Positions 1 through 11,394 of a DNA stretch of 64,000 nucleotides are shown piece after piece. Position 1 is the first letter of the stretch; each line of letters opens with the position of its first letter. Source of the DNA: Antedon mediterranea. Lineage: Eukaryota; Animalia; Echinodermata. The notes under the pieces are model-generated. The model was not told where the DNA came from, did not search any database, and was given only the letters and a program-made list of their open reading frames with translations. The position numbers and the translations under genes were made by a program. The stretch lies in the NCBI RefSeq assembly GCF_964355755.1, contig NC_092675.1, forward strand, positions 6,877,812 to 6,941,811, given 5' to 3'.

Positions 1-110
1 CAAATAAGTTGACCAATCACATAGTTCGGATGATCCACCGGGTCGTGATTGGTCAAATTACTTTTGGATTGTTTATATCCTTATGTTGCGTTCGAGTGGG
101 AAAGCTTAAG
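1..110. mobile_element. Partial hairpin MITE (GGTTCCCACT/AGTGGGAA family), right part
   Basis: Internal palindrome TTGACCAATCAC...GTGATTGGTCAA and an end reading GAGTGGGAAAGCTTAA. Same family as 4533-4688 and 4761-4927. Confidence 0.6.
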
Positions 111-197
111 CATGAAGTACAGATTCAATAAAATGTTCACATATACCCTGTTACATCGACTAGTTTATTATTATTATTTGTTGGCATCGGTGTTTGT

Positions 198-360
198 AAA
201 GCTCTGTCTACACTAAACGTTATGTGACAAAACAATGGGAGGTGCCCATTATATGGACATTATGATGTCACATCACTACCATATTTGAACATATTACTAC
301 CATATCTGGTCACATCACACTTTTTTAGTCAAACTAGTTTGATAGTGTAGACAGAGCTTA
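198..360. mobile_element. PIF/Harbinger-like MITE
   Basis: Terminal inverted repeats AAGCTCTGTCTACACTA...TAGTGTAGACAGAGCTT flanked by TAA/TTA. Confidence 0.75.
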
Positions 361-1262
361 AGGTTGTTATTATAATGACTGACTTTATTATCAATCTTTA
401 TTTAAAAATTTAAGAACGAAGGAAGAAAGTATTACTTTCAGGACACTTTTATTGTTAATCATTACGAAGACTATGAATTGTATAACTGTAACGAAGATAG
501 TCAGTCTGTGTCATTTTATGGTACCACCGAAACACGTATGATGATATTGGGATCAAGAGAACAGGCCTACGGTGGGTGGATGAAAGTAATGACGATATGC
601 TAATGTGTTAAGAACAGAGTTAGTTCACTTTATAGAGAATGGATGATCTCTGCTTATCCGTGGCGAATTTTATAGGATCTCCTTCAATTTTACTATTAAT
701 AGTAATCGATCATCAACATTTCCTGTTTAAACCTACAAATGCGAACTTTCTGGATCCACCGCGGTTTGTGAAAAGAATCGTCATTATTTCGTGTAGATAA
801 CGACGACGAGGATAACTTTTACAATTGATTCTTTTAGCATTATGCAATTTATCACTTGTTAGTCCTAATCAATGGTTTGATATTTATCTTCATAATGTCA
901 TTACAGATGCAGGTCTATACATAGCAACAAACAACTTTGACATTCAAAGTGTCATGGCGTCGTTGGTTTCCATAGTGATTAACAAAAAAATAATAATCAC
1001 CGTGCTTATGTTGAAGATCGGTGACATTTACTTTCCCAGCTGCCTTATCACATTCATAAATGATTTATAGGGATGAGGGTGACGTTAATATGGTTAAAAA
1101 AAAAAAAACATTTCCGTCATGGCCTAACAGGGTGCTAAGAGCCAATTTATAATGTTAGAAGATATGTACAAGTTTATTAATTTATGTAAATTTAATGCAT
1201 TTTTTAAAAGAATAAGGTATAAACCAAAAGAACAATCAATTATACAAGCGTGAATGAAAAGA

Positions 1263-1656
1263 AATACTGGGTGGGAGATCGTCTAGAATAGCGGCGGGTG
1301 CTGTATATACCGGAGTGTGATGGTGTAATGGTAATATCGGACTAGCATGTGATAGGCATGGGTTCGAGGTTATCTGTACCATAATAATTGCATCCTTGGG
1401 CAAGATGCTTTACTCCCATTGCCTCGTCCTTTGGATGGGATGTAAAGTCGTTGGTCCCGTGTACTTAACAGTGCACGTTAAAGAAATTGGTACACTATTC
1501 GAAAAGAGTAGAGGATCGTCTCCCGGTGTGCTGATCTGATAGGCGCTGCACTGCTGGCTACCGTGGGTCCATGGAGGGCCTAATTCGAATTTCCTCAGTT
1601 TCCAGTTAAACTTGAGGACCAGAATAATTTAACATTTAACATTTTAACATTTTTTT
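1263..1656 (+). mobile_element. 5'-truncated SINE: 5S rRNA-derived + tRNA-derived head, Deu/Nin core, (TTTAACA)n tail
   Basis: 3' half of a 5S-like sequence (GGGTGGGAGATCGTCTAGAATAGCGGCGGGTGCTGTA). A box TGGTGTAATGG and B box GGTTCGAG. Deu/Nin-like core (TCCTTGGGCAAG...GTCCTTTGGATGGGATGTAAAG...GCACGTTAAAGA...TTCGAAAAGAGTAG). Second copy at 60018-60475. Confidence 0.75.
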
Positions 1657-2017
1657 AGTTCGCAGCACCTGTATTTAAAGTGAGAATTATTTCGCGACGC
1701 TCCTTCTGTTTGATAGCTGACAAAACATATGTCAGATTGTTAACAATTTTGTTGCAAGTAAAGTTCATATTTTAGAAATGACCTTTATACCCGGAGCTAC
1801 TCTTTAAGATCGAGAATTACAATAAAAAAAACATTATAATATTACATGTTGTATAAGTTATGATTTGAGTCTACTGATAACATACAATTGGGGCGTCATT
1901 TTCCTGCCAAACAAGCGCATTTATCAGTGTATAAAACAATTTTGTTCTATGTGATACGTTATATTCAGATTGCACCACATTATTTGTTCTTAAAAAACAT
2001 ATCGGTAAAAGTATTGA

Positions 2018-2054
2018 CATCATCATCATCATCATCATCATCGATGTCATCATC
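2018..2054. repeat. (CAT)n microsatellite
   Basis: Run of CATCATCAT. It explains the poly-M and poly-S spurious ORFs here. Confidence 0.9.
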
Positions 2055-2710
2055 CCGTTGTCATTATTTCGACTTTTACACTCTTCCTAATTCGTTGTCA
2101 TCCCGTCCAGTATTCGTTATACTTCATATAGTTAATATTATTTTAACGGTAAATAACCACATCTCACACAAAACAATTAAATTGCAACACCTATTTAATA
2201 TACATTTTAAAACAGTTTGACAAACTGGAACGTATAATATCAGATTTGAAAGATGACGTACTCTTCAACTGACAATGGTGGTAATGCTGCATTATTCATT
2301 TCAGTTAATAAGCTAAAAAATACAAATAATAATAATAAAGACATTTCGAATAATTATTAATAAAGATAGTTGGTTTAATTACATCCGCCACCAGGTTGCA
2401 TTCAGCGGGAGATATAATTATAATGTTTAATAGGTTTCGCTGAATAGTGGTCTACTTAGAGCTTTTGTTAGACGTATATTTAATACTGTAATCATATTTG
2501 ATGGCAGGAAACTATACATTTCCAAGGTGAAAGAACAAAAAAAACCACAAAAAATAACGTTTTAATGTTATAGCTTATGTGCAATAATTCACAAGATTTG
2601 TGACGTAGGAGATACATTAACTTGAAAGGTCAAGCGCTAAATGGTCGGTATAATTATTATAACAACTGAAAATGTAAGTTGTTACTGACGCTAAAATAAT
2701 TATTATAAAG

Positions 2711-3738
2711 TTAATAAAACTTACGAGTCCAAACCATGTCATCAATGGTGATGTCACTTCCTGATGATCCAATGATGCCCTCAAAAAGGAACTGTAAACA
2801 TAATGTATGCTTATTTAGGGACATTTTACAATCGGTGCCAAATTTATATTGTAGTTTATATAAGTAGCGCTGGCATTTTATTAAAATATACAATATCCTC
2901 ACCATTAGCTAGCTGTCATTGCCTAGTCAACGAAATAATCGTCAACATCAATGTTCATTATCTTTGTTAGCACCGCTATCGTCATCGTCATAACAATCAA
3001 AGAAGACTATTATCGTAGGCCTACACGGACGTTTTGCCGAATGACATTTCGATGATGGACTTATATAAGCCGACTGATTACGCATTTACGCAACAAGACG
3101 GCGGAATGTCCTGTCGGAGAAATGACCGTCGGTGAAATGTCAGGTCGGTATTAAAGATTACCTGAAACGAGTTGTAGTATGAAATGCCAACGTTAACTTC
3201 TACCCAACCGTCTCCACTTGGACCGGTATACGTAAAGAACGTCTGTCTTGGCATACCCGTTGGTAAAAGATCGATCTTCAATTGAGTTGGTTTTTGCCGT
3301 TTTGAGTTATCAGCAGTGTGGATATAAAACCGTAGATTTCCACCGGATGCCGGTATGAGCCCTGTCGTCTTGAACATGGCATTATCCTTAGGGCTTTGAC
3401 CGTTGCCGTTGATAGTAAAAGAGTAGCCATATCCCGTTGTGTGGTCGTAGTCGCGATTTCTTTTCCAGTCGAAAACATCACCAGCAATGTTCTGATCAAA
3501 CCCACAATCATTCAATTCGAAATTGCAACTCGGATTTCCAACTGTGTGAAAATATTAAAATGGATGTTTTTCAAAATGGACCCCAAGATCTTTAAAAAGA
3601 CGATACATTAGGTGCAAGCTTGACATTTTTCTTAAAGAACGTTTTTTAATACTAGCCTATGTATTTAAACCTCATAATTCACATGCTTACCTGCTACGGA
3701 TACTTGGTCCTCCACAGGTGCATTGTCGGAGCCAGGGT
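2711..3738 (-). CDS. MAM-domain-containing protein (spliced; 5' exon not identified)
   Basis: Exons 3738-3691, 3541-3162 and 2791-2711 have GT/AG sites and consistent phases. The translation shows MAM hallmarks: SCNFELNDCGF, FDWKR, DHTTGYGY, LRFY, GDGWVEVNV, FLFEGIIG, SDITIDDM. Confidence 0.8.
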
Positions 3739-4532
3739 CTGATTAAGTGTTAGTAGAAATGAAAATTGTAAAAAATAAATTTAAATAGTTAAACCGTTCA
3801 CAACAAAATGTGTTTATGATGTCTTGTATACAGATGATGATAATATAATTACTATATTTTGTTAGCTAAGTTAAGCATTTTTCTACAATATAAATTGCTG
3901 CAGATGTTGCACTTTAAGACATAATAGCATGGATACTGTAATATCTTTCCTAATAAGGCAATCCGTTCACAGACAAAAAAAACAATATTCAACAAGCTCT
4001 CGTAAAAAACCTTTTTGAAGTTTAATGACCAACATCAACATTATTATTATAAATTGAAGAAAAAAGATGGAACAATCAAGAAAAAAAAAACAATTTGAGT
4101 TCAATGTGTTTTAAAGGAATAAAGTTATCGTAAATATGGATACCAATAATAGAGCAGAGAGCAATGAGGCATTACTGATTGAATTCGTTTACCTTCAAAA
4201 GTCGTGAAAAACACACGTTCCTTATTCTGTGTAACCTAAACAAAATAATTAATAGCCAATTAAGATCAATATTGTCTATAATTAATAGAATTGTATGCTA
4301 ATATATTATTCTGAATTTTATAATGTCAAAAGTAAATTGAATAAAAGTGTTTATTCTTTGCGTATTGCGGTGCTTCATTGGCGACCTTTCGTTCAGGGAC
4401 GATATAGACGAAAGAAGACGTTAAATCGATCCGATAATGAACGGCTGTGGGAGGTGGCTTATACGCATGCGTTGATTCATTTTGTATAATTTACCGTCTG
4501 CCCCCTCGAAAGCTCGCTATATATCAGCTCTC

Positions 4533-4688
4533 TTAAGCTTGGTTCCCACTAGAACGTAACGCAAAGACGTAAACGCAACGCAAGCGTTTTAACCAATCAC
4601 AAGCGAATAAGCCATCGCTTGTGATTGGTCAATTCACTTGCGTTGCGTTACGTCCTTGTGTTGCGTCGCTAGTGGGAACCACGCTTAA
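4533..4688. mobile_element. Hairpin MITE (Harbinger-like)
   Basis: TTAAGCTTGGTTCCCACTAG...CTAGTGGGAACCACGCTTAA. Almost the whole element is palindromic. Confidence 0.8.
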
Positions 4689-4697
4689 GCCAACTTG

Positions 4698-4997
4698 TAG
4701 TCGGAAATGTGTTGCCACCACAAACTGTCGACAACAATGGTTTTTTTTTAAAACATGCTCTAATCTTGGTTCCCACTAGAGACGTAACGCAGGACGTAAG
4801 CGAAACGTAATTATTTGATCAAATATTACAAGTGATGGGATTATTCGAACAGCCGCTCGTCCTTGGTCCACTCTCTTGCGTTGCGTCTACGTTCTTGCGT
4901 TGTGTCTTTAGTGGGAACCAGGCTTAGAGAATGTTTTTGTTTTGTTTTTTAAACTTGTTGTCGACAGTTTATGGTGGCATGGGCTAATTACCGACTA
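4698..4997. mobile_element. Nested MITEs: a hairpin MITE (4761-4927) inside another small inverted-repeat element
   Basis: Inner arms CTTGGTTCCCACTA/TAGTGGGAACCAGG. Outer arms TGCCACCACAAACTGTCGACAACAA/TTGTTGTCGACAGTTTATGGTGGCA. Confidence 0.7.
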
Positions 4998-5008
4998 ATG
5001 TGCGAGAA

Positions 5009-5086
5009 TGTTAAACATGTTGCAACACAGTATATATGACCTAAAACTGTATTCGTTTGCAACGTTGGAACACTTTGAATGATGGG
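5009..5086 (-). pseudogene. 3' remnant of a duplicate of the Cys-rich peptide gene at 11173-11394
   Basis: 4846-5086 is nearly identical to 11008-11248. The coding part has two 1-bp indels and is cut at GATGGG|TGTT by the retrotransposon LTR. Confidence 0.8.
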
Positions 5087-5491
5087 TGTTAGTGACGCAA
5101 TGCTTTATTTCTGCTATGTTAAACTGCACCTGACATAATATGTAAATTTCCCGTTCTTTTGTTTCTATTATTCCCTTTTACTGTGCTGCGCTTGTCGTTG
5201 TCGTTCTTTTCATTTCGTGAGCGGTAATCCTATGCATACCTTTGTATTACACCAGACAGGCCAGTGATGTAAGTTCGTTATTTGCTTCCTTTGATTAATC
5301 TCTTTAGTTTAGTTTAGGCTTAATACCATTTCTACATTTTGCTAATTTAACCTGGATACATTGTAGTTCTTTATTGTATTATTTTGTTACATTTTCAGTT
5401 TGAACCACAATAAATCAATTGTGAAGTGCAAAACCGGGTTGGAAGTTTTTTTGTTGTATACCGATTAACATACGACGCTACGAGCGTTACA
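5087..5491 (+). repeat. Putative 5' LTR of the BEL element
   Basis: Starts TG exactly where identity with the paralogous host copy ends, contains AATAAA at 5409-5414, and ends ACA 14 bp before the gag ATG. There is no second LTR to confirm the right boundary. Confidence 0.65.
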
Positions 5492-5505
5492 GTTCAAAAT
5501 CAAGA

Positions 5506-7556
5506 ATGTCTCATACAGAATCTGAGGTTGCACGTATGAAGTCCAAGCGTGGATACGCTAGGGGAGCTGTTACCCGAATTATGGGTACCGTGCAAAAATT
5601 GATGGCAAGAAAGGAAAACCTTTCCCAAGTCCATGAACGAATGGAGGAGGTGGAAACCTTGACGGAGGCATTTGCAGCTGCACAAACAGACTATGTAATG
5701 TTGTTAAAGGATGAGGAGGCCAAGCAGGAAGCGGAGGTTTATCGGAGAGAATTTGTCACGAGAATAAACGACTTCTGTGATGATATCGGCACATGGATCG
5801 CCAGTGTTGAGCACTCTGAGCAACATACAGTAAGTCTGTTTCGGAAGTTGGCAGCCCCTTTTCACTAATTTCAACCACATTAAGTGCCTTGGATGAAGCG
5901 AGAGCTAAGGCTAGGGCGGAGAAAGCTGCACTTGAAGCTGAAATACAAGGCTTGGTGGAGCAAAAATCTTTAGAACAAGAGCAATTCGAATTGAGACGAA
6001 TAAAACAGGCGCGCCAGATAGAACTTGAAACCCAGCGTTTTCAGGCCGAGATGAAATTGGCGCTAGAAGATCATCACGCAATGATTGAGATGGAAAGACA
6101 AGAGTTGGAGCTCGATCATCGCCGTCGAGAGATGGAATTAAGTGCTAAAATGGCGAAAGCTGATGCAGTCCAGAAGGTCTACACCGAAGTTATTGAGACT
6201 GAAACTCAACCACGTTATCATTCTACACCGGAGGATTTAGTCCTACCAACTATACACCTACCTTCATTTGATGGCCGACATCTCGATGCGTCAAGGTTTG
6301 AACGCAACCCATCTAAACCCACTGAACCGATACTCCAAACACCTAAAGCAGACGATCCTTCAGTTAGAAAAAAGTCTGATTCACCAGCACTAAATACATT
6401 GCACCAACCGGAAGAATTGTCGAATACCATATGCCAGATGTTAGCCGATTCTCGATTACACCAAAAATCTCTTGTGGAGGCTTTACATCTACCGAAAAAT
6501 GAGCTACCGATGTTTGATGGTAACCCGCTGCATTACTGGTTCTTTATTAGAGCATTTGACAATGCTATAGACAGAAAATCAACAGAAGATGGAGCAAAGC
6601 TTATATCCCTGTTGCAGTTTTGTACCGGAAAGGCCAAACCCTTACTACAGTGCTGTCTAATGAAAGAACCACCTGAAGGTTATCGTCTGGCAAAAAAATT
6701 GTTAAAGGAAAGATTTGGCAATAACGACAACATAGCACAAGCCTGGAACGACAAAATAACAAAAAGAAAGAACGTTAGAGACGAACTTGACCTACAAGAT
6801 TTCGCGGATGACATAAGATGTTGTCAGGAAACGTTAGAATCAATGGGATATTTAAGTGAGCTTGAAAACCGTAGAAGTATTTGTACGATAACTGAGAAGT
6901 TACCAAATTATTTAAAAACACGTTGGCTAAAGAAAAATTATGATATTAAAACTAAAATGAAACAAGCTCCAAATTTAGATGACATGGTAAAATTTATCAC
7001 TGCTGCTGCTGAGGAAGCAAATGATCCGATCTTTGGCAAGTCGGTTCGCAATGATCGACGTGATAAACAGAAGCAGAATACAAGCTACAGTGCGCAGTCC
7101 ATACATATTCCTTCATCAAAAAAGCCTGAGGTACCACCTGTAAACCCACCTAAAGAAGATGAACACTGTGTATACTGTGGACATAATCACTATGTTACGT
7201 TCTGCAAATCATTCAAAGCTCTGCGGGTTTAAGACAGGCTAGCATTTGTTCAGTTGAAGCGGTTATGCGTTAATTGTTTCAAACCTGGGCACATAGAAAA
7301 GGAGTGTTTGCGTCAAATTACTTGCGACATAGATGACTGTGGTAAGAAACACAGCAAATATTTGCATATTCCACGTTACGTAAGGCAGAAGTGTACGGCG
7401 GAGCTTACGACAATTGAACAGAAAAATATTTTGATAAATACGGAGCTGATAAGCCTTAACCTGTCCAATTTAGAAAACACATACACTGCACGTATGCCAC
7501 AAATAATAGTGAGACCCTCTCTCAACCTAGGCCTAGATAATCTAGCATGCCATTAA
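5506..7556 (+). pseudogene. gag: BEL gag (coiled coil, DUF1759-like, zinc knuckles), interrupted
   Basis: ORFs 5506-5868, 5889-7232 and 7254-7556. Motifs LPMFDGNPLHY, AKKLLKERFG, CVYCGHNH, CVNCFKPGHIEKEC and CDIDDCGKKH are typical of BEL/Pao gag. Broken by stops and a frameshift. Confidence 0.85.
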
Positions 7557-7643
7557 GACTAGATAAAGTGGCCTCATCTTGCCGATATACAGTTACCACC
7601 AATTCTGGACGTAGCAGAAGTTCAGCTTCTCATTGGCCAAGAT

Positions 7644-10600
7644 ATGCCAGAACTATTGTGTCCACAAGAAGTGCGTAAAGGCAAGCCTGGCGAACCGTAT
7701 GGAGTATGGATAGCTCTGGGCTGGGCAATAAATGGCCCAATCAATAAAGATGTTAATCAGCCTCGATCAAGTCACCATGTGCAACTTAAAGCAACCTATG
7801 AACAGTCTGGTAGCTGTTGGAAGCTGAATACAAGTAATCCCAGCGCCGAAACTACCTTATCCATCAATGATCACAGGGTATTGCACATATGGGAAGACTC
7901 CATTAGTCTAAAAGATGGCCACTATTCCATGAATATTCCATTCAAGCACAGACCACCAAACCTACCTGATAATCGTCAGATGGTAGACCGTAGATTGTAC
8001 CTGTTGGGTATACGATTGACACGAGACCCAGTTCTGAAGAAAAAATACGTAACTGAAATTCATAAACTACTTGCTGATCGACACGCAGAACTTGTTCCAG
8101 AAGAGGACCTCTGCAGAGCTGACGGTTGTGAATGGTACCTCCCGCATCACCCGGTGTTTAACCCCAAGAAGCCGGACAAATGCCGAATCGTCTTTGATTG
8201 TGCTGCTAGGGCAAATGGTACCTCGTTAAATGATCAGGTACACCAAGGACCAGATTTGACCAATAAACTAATCGGCGTCCTCCTTCGTTTCCGACAAGAG
8301 GCTGTTGCGTTCACAGCCGATATCCAAGGCATGTTTCACCAAGTTGTTGTAAATCCCGCCGATCGTGACGCACTGCGGTTCCTATGGTTGAAAAATGATG
8401 ACCCATACAACGTGCCTTTAGAGTATAGAATGACTGTTCATTTATTTGGAGGAGTTTGGAGCCCAAGTTGCGCCAATTATGCTGTTCATCGGACTGTCGA
8501 GGATAACGCAAGTGAATACAGAAATGCTGCAAGGCAGACAATTAAGCGTAACTTTTACGTAGACGATTGCTTAAAGTCTGTAGCGTCTGTTGACGAAGCC
8601 ATATATCTCGTACATGAAGTTAAAAAACTATTGCAGTGTGGAGGATTTCACCTCAACAAGTGGATGTCGAATAGCCGGGAGGTTATCTATTCTCTACCTC
8701 AAGATGAGTGGGCCACAGGATTAAAGAACATTAGTTTCGACAGCTTACCATGTGAACGAGTCCTTGGAATGCTTTGGAATATTGAGCAAGACAAGTTCCA
8801 ATACGATATTCAAGTTGCTGTTAAACCTATGACACGTCGCGGAGTGCTAAGTATACTCAACTATGTGTACGATCCACTTGGTTATGCAGGACCCTATGTA
8901 CTGCGAGAAAAGATGATATTTCAGCAACTATGCCGCTGCAAATACCACTGGGATGATCCCATACCAACTGAGAGTGCGGATCAGTGGAATCAATGGCTCA
9001 TTGACCTTCCTACTATAATGGATCTGAAGATACCACGTTGTTTTAAGCCCATTGGGCTTCGCATCAAATCCAGCCAACTACATCATTTTGTCGACGCATT
9101 CGAAGCTGGATACGGGGCAGTACCGTATCTTAGAATGATAGATTCCTACGATAAAAGCCATTGTAGTATTTTGATGTCCAAATCGAGACTTGCACCTTTG
9201 AAGACCACAACCATCCCAAGGTTAGAGTTGACCGCAGCCGTCGAAGCAATCAAGTTAGACAAGTTGTTGCTGCGTGAGCTAGAAATTCCGCTGTTGGAAT
9301 CCACCTTTTGGTCGGACAGCATGATCGTTTTATGGTATATTCAAAATGATGAGCGTCGCTTCCAGACTTATGTAGCAAACCGTGTTTCGGTAATCAGGGA
9401 ACATAGTTTTCCGCACCAATGGCGATACATTGACACAAAGAGTAACCCTGGAGATGACGCATCCCGAGGTTTGACTGCAAGCAAGCTGGTTAATAACCGC
9501 AGATGGGTTAGCGGACCATCATTCCTGTGGAAAAATGAAGAAAGATGGCCAACTCAACCACCCTTTAAATGCACAGAACTTGAAGCAAGGGCGGAAATTA
9601 AAAAATCGTCAAAAATCTACACAGTTGTGACAAATAATAACGCTACTGTCGACCAACTCTTAAAACGCTACTCTTCCTGGTACCGGCTAAAGCGAGCTGT
9701 GGCATGGATTATGCGCTTCAAAACCTTTATGTTGAAACCTGCATGCCTAATTACTAGGAAACTAACGGTAAACGAGCTTAAGAAAGCAGAAGAATCCATC
9801 ATCCGGTATATTCAAACAAATAGCCTGAAGCCTGAGCAGATTAATTCGCTTAAAAGGTTGAATCCTATCCTGACAGAAGACGGTCTGTGGCGTGTGGGAG
9901 GTAGATTAGAAAAGGCAAATGTATCATACCAAACCAAGCATCAAGTGTTGCTACCAGCAAATCACCATGTTACTAAGTTAATTGTCGAACATCACCACTT
10001 GAGAACGGGTCACGCTGGAGCTGAACGCACGTTGGCTGAAACCAGACTAAAGTATTGGATTGTTCGAGGTCGCCCCAAAGGTATCTTGTCCAAATGTATA
10101 ACATGCAGGAAGTTGAGAGCAAGAACAGAAACACAAATGATGGGAAATCTTCCTGAAGCCCGGGTTAAATCAAATGAAACGCCGTTCAATAGAGTAGGTA
10201 TTGACTACTTTGGACCGTTTATAATAAAAAGAGCCCGTAGCGAATTGAAAAGATACGGATGTATCTTCACTTGCCTCGCCACTCGAGCCATTCACTTAGA
10301 GGTTTCACACACTTTGGACACCGACTCGTTCATTAATGCCTTACAACGCTTTATTGCACGACGGGGCGAGCCAGCCGAAATTCGCTCAGATAACGGCACG
10401 AACTTGGTAGGTGCTCAACTGCAATTAAAGCAAGCACTTAAAGGATGGAACCAACATAAGATAGGTGACTTCTTGCAACAAAAGGAAATCGAGTGGATAT
10501 TTAATACTCCTACTGCGTCACATATGGGTGGAGCCTGGGAGAGGCAAATTCGTACGGTGCGTTCCGTGCTGCGTGGCGTATTGGGTCAGCAGAAACTGGA

Positions 10601-10997
10601 TGATGAAGGATTATCAACACTGATGTGCATAGTAGAAAGCATAGTGAACAGTCGTCCCATAACTAAACTTTCTAGTGATCCAGATGATCCCTCGCCCATT
10701 ACACCTAACCACCTATTGCTTATGAGTGCTGGACCATCATTACCTCCTGGCATGTTCGTTAACCAAGACTCGTTGGCGTCAAATTCAGTATATGGCGGAA
10801 TCTTTTGGAAACGATGGTTAAGTGAATATCTTCCTGCCCTACAACAGCGCCAGAAATGGTTAAAACCAAGAAGAAATCTACGGCAAGGGGACATGGTTCT
10901 AATGAAAGCAGAGAACACCTCGTTACCAATGGCCTTTAGGATTGATCACCATCAAGCCATGATCTACTGTAGATATAAATGTGTTATGTATTACTAA
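7644..10997 (+). CDS. pol: BEL/Pao pol: reverse transcriptase, RNase H/Pao domain, integrase (3' end truncated)
   Basis: WYLPHHPV, RIVFD, GPDLTNKL, ADIQGMF, YVDD (RT). YDPLG, LHHFVDA, IPRLEL, FWSDS, NPGDDASRG (RNase H). HHCC zinc finger, GIDYFGP, SDNGTN, GGAWE (integrase). Confidence 0.93.
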   Translation: MPELLCPQEVRKGKPGEPYGVWIALGWAINGPINKDVNQPRSSHHVQLKATYEQSGSCWKLNTSNPSAETTLSINDHRVLHIWEDSISLKDGHYSMNIPFKHRPPNLPDNRQMVDRRLYLLGIRLTRDPVLKKKYVTEIHKLLADRHAELVPEEDLCRADGCEWYLPHHPVFNPKKPDKCRIVFDCAARANGTSLNDQVHQGPDLTNKLIGVLLRFRQEAVAFTADIQGMFHQVVVNPADRDALRFLWLKNDDPYNVPLEYRMTVHLFGGVWSPSCANYAVHRTVEDNASEYRNAARQTIKRNFYVDDCLKSVASVDEAIYLVHEVKKLLQCGGFHLNKWMSNSREVIYSLPQDEWATGLKNISFDSLPCERVLGMLWNIEQDKFQYDIQVAVKPMTRRGVLSILNYVYDPLGYAGPYVLREKMIFQQLCRCKYHWDDPIPTESADQWNQWLIDLPTIMDLKIPRCFKPIGLRIKSSQLHHFVDAFEAGYGAVPYLRMIDSYDKSHCSILMSKSRLAPLKTTTIPRLELTAAVEAIKLDKLLLRELEIPLLESTFWSDSMIVLWYIQNDERRFQTYVANRVSVIREHSFPHQWRYIDTKSNPGDDASRGLTASKLVNNRRWVSGPSFLWKNEERWPTQPPFKCTELEARAEIKKSSKIYTVVTNNNATVDQLLKRYSSWYRLKRAVAWIMRFKTFMLKPACLITRKLTVNELKKAEESIIRYIQTNSLKPEQINSLKRLNPILTEDGLWRVGGRLEKANVSYQTKHQVLLPANHHVTKLIVEHHHLRTGHAGAERTLAETRLKYWIVRGRPKGILSKCITCRKLRARTETQMMGNLPEARVKSNETPFNRVGIDYFGPFIIKRARSELKRYGCIFTCLATRAIHLEVSHTLDTDSFINALQRFIARRGEPAEIRSDNGTNLVGAQLQLKQALKGWNQHKIGDFLQQKEIEWIFNTPTASHMGGAWERQIRTVRSVLRGVLGQQKLDDEGLSTLMCIVESIVNSRPITKLSSDPDDPSPITPNHLLLMSAGPSLPPGMFVNQDSLASNSVYGGIFWKRWLSEYLPALQQRQKWLKPRRNLRQGDMVLMKAENTSLPMAFRIDHHQAMIYCRYKCVMYY

Positions 10998-11172
10998 ATC
11001 AAGAAAACGAGCAGCCGCTCGTCCTTGGTCCACTCTCTTGCGTTGCGTCTACGTTCTTGCGTTGTGTCTTTAGTGGGAACCAGGCTTAGAGAATGTTTTT
11101 GTTTTGTTTTTTAAACTTGTTCTCGACAGTTTATGGTGGCATGGGCTAATTACCGACTAATGTGCGAGAATG

Positions 11173-11394
11173 TTAACATGTTGCAACACAGTATATATGA
11201 CCTAAAACTGTATTCCTTTTGCAACGTTGGAACACTTTGAATGATGGGCACTTACTCAAATGATTACACCAACAATAATAATGATAATCAACAAAACTTA
11301 CTACTCCGTACGGCCTTCTAATAGCGTCTCCTCCAACATTGGCGTATAAAAGTGCCACAGCAAACAGCAGTATGTATGATACCATTTTGAACAT
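11173..11394 (-). CDS. Small secreted cysteine-rich peptide (73 aa), defensin-like candidate
   Basis: Single-exon ORF with a hydrophobic signal peptide (YILLFAVALLYANVGG) and a cationic C-terminal domain with 6 Cys (CxCx5Cx8Cx10Cx3C). TATAAAA on the minus strand at 11432-11438. A locally duplicated copy exists. Confidence 0.65.
   Translation of the reverse strand: MFKMVSYILLFAVALLYANVGGDAIRRPYGVVSFVDYHYYCWCNHLSKCPSFKVFQRCKRNTVLGHIYCVATC

Larger units (their letters stand above)
5087..10958 (+). mobile_element. BEL/Pao LTR retrotransposon, defective, 3' end and 3' LTR missing
   Basis: Putative 5' LTR TGTT...TTACA, then gag-pol ORFs with stops. Host sequence resumes at 10959 (it matches 11980-12029). 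Confidence 0.92.

Noticed and set aside
1871-2220. Poly-Met and poly-Ser ORFs
   Set aside because: They are products of a (CAT)n microsatellite.
4846-11248. The 240-bp direct repeats flanking gag-pol read as the two LTRs
   Set aside because: They begin mid-MITE, lack TG...CA ends, and continue into the peptide gene in the right copy. They are duplicated host DNA, and the LTR-like sequence starts at 5087.
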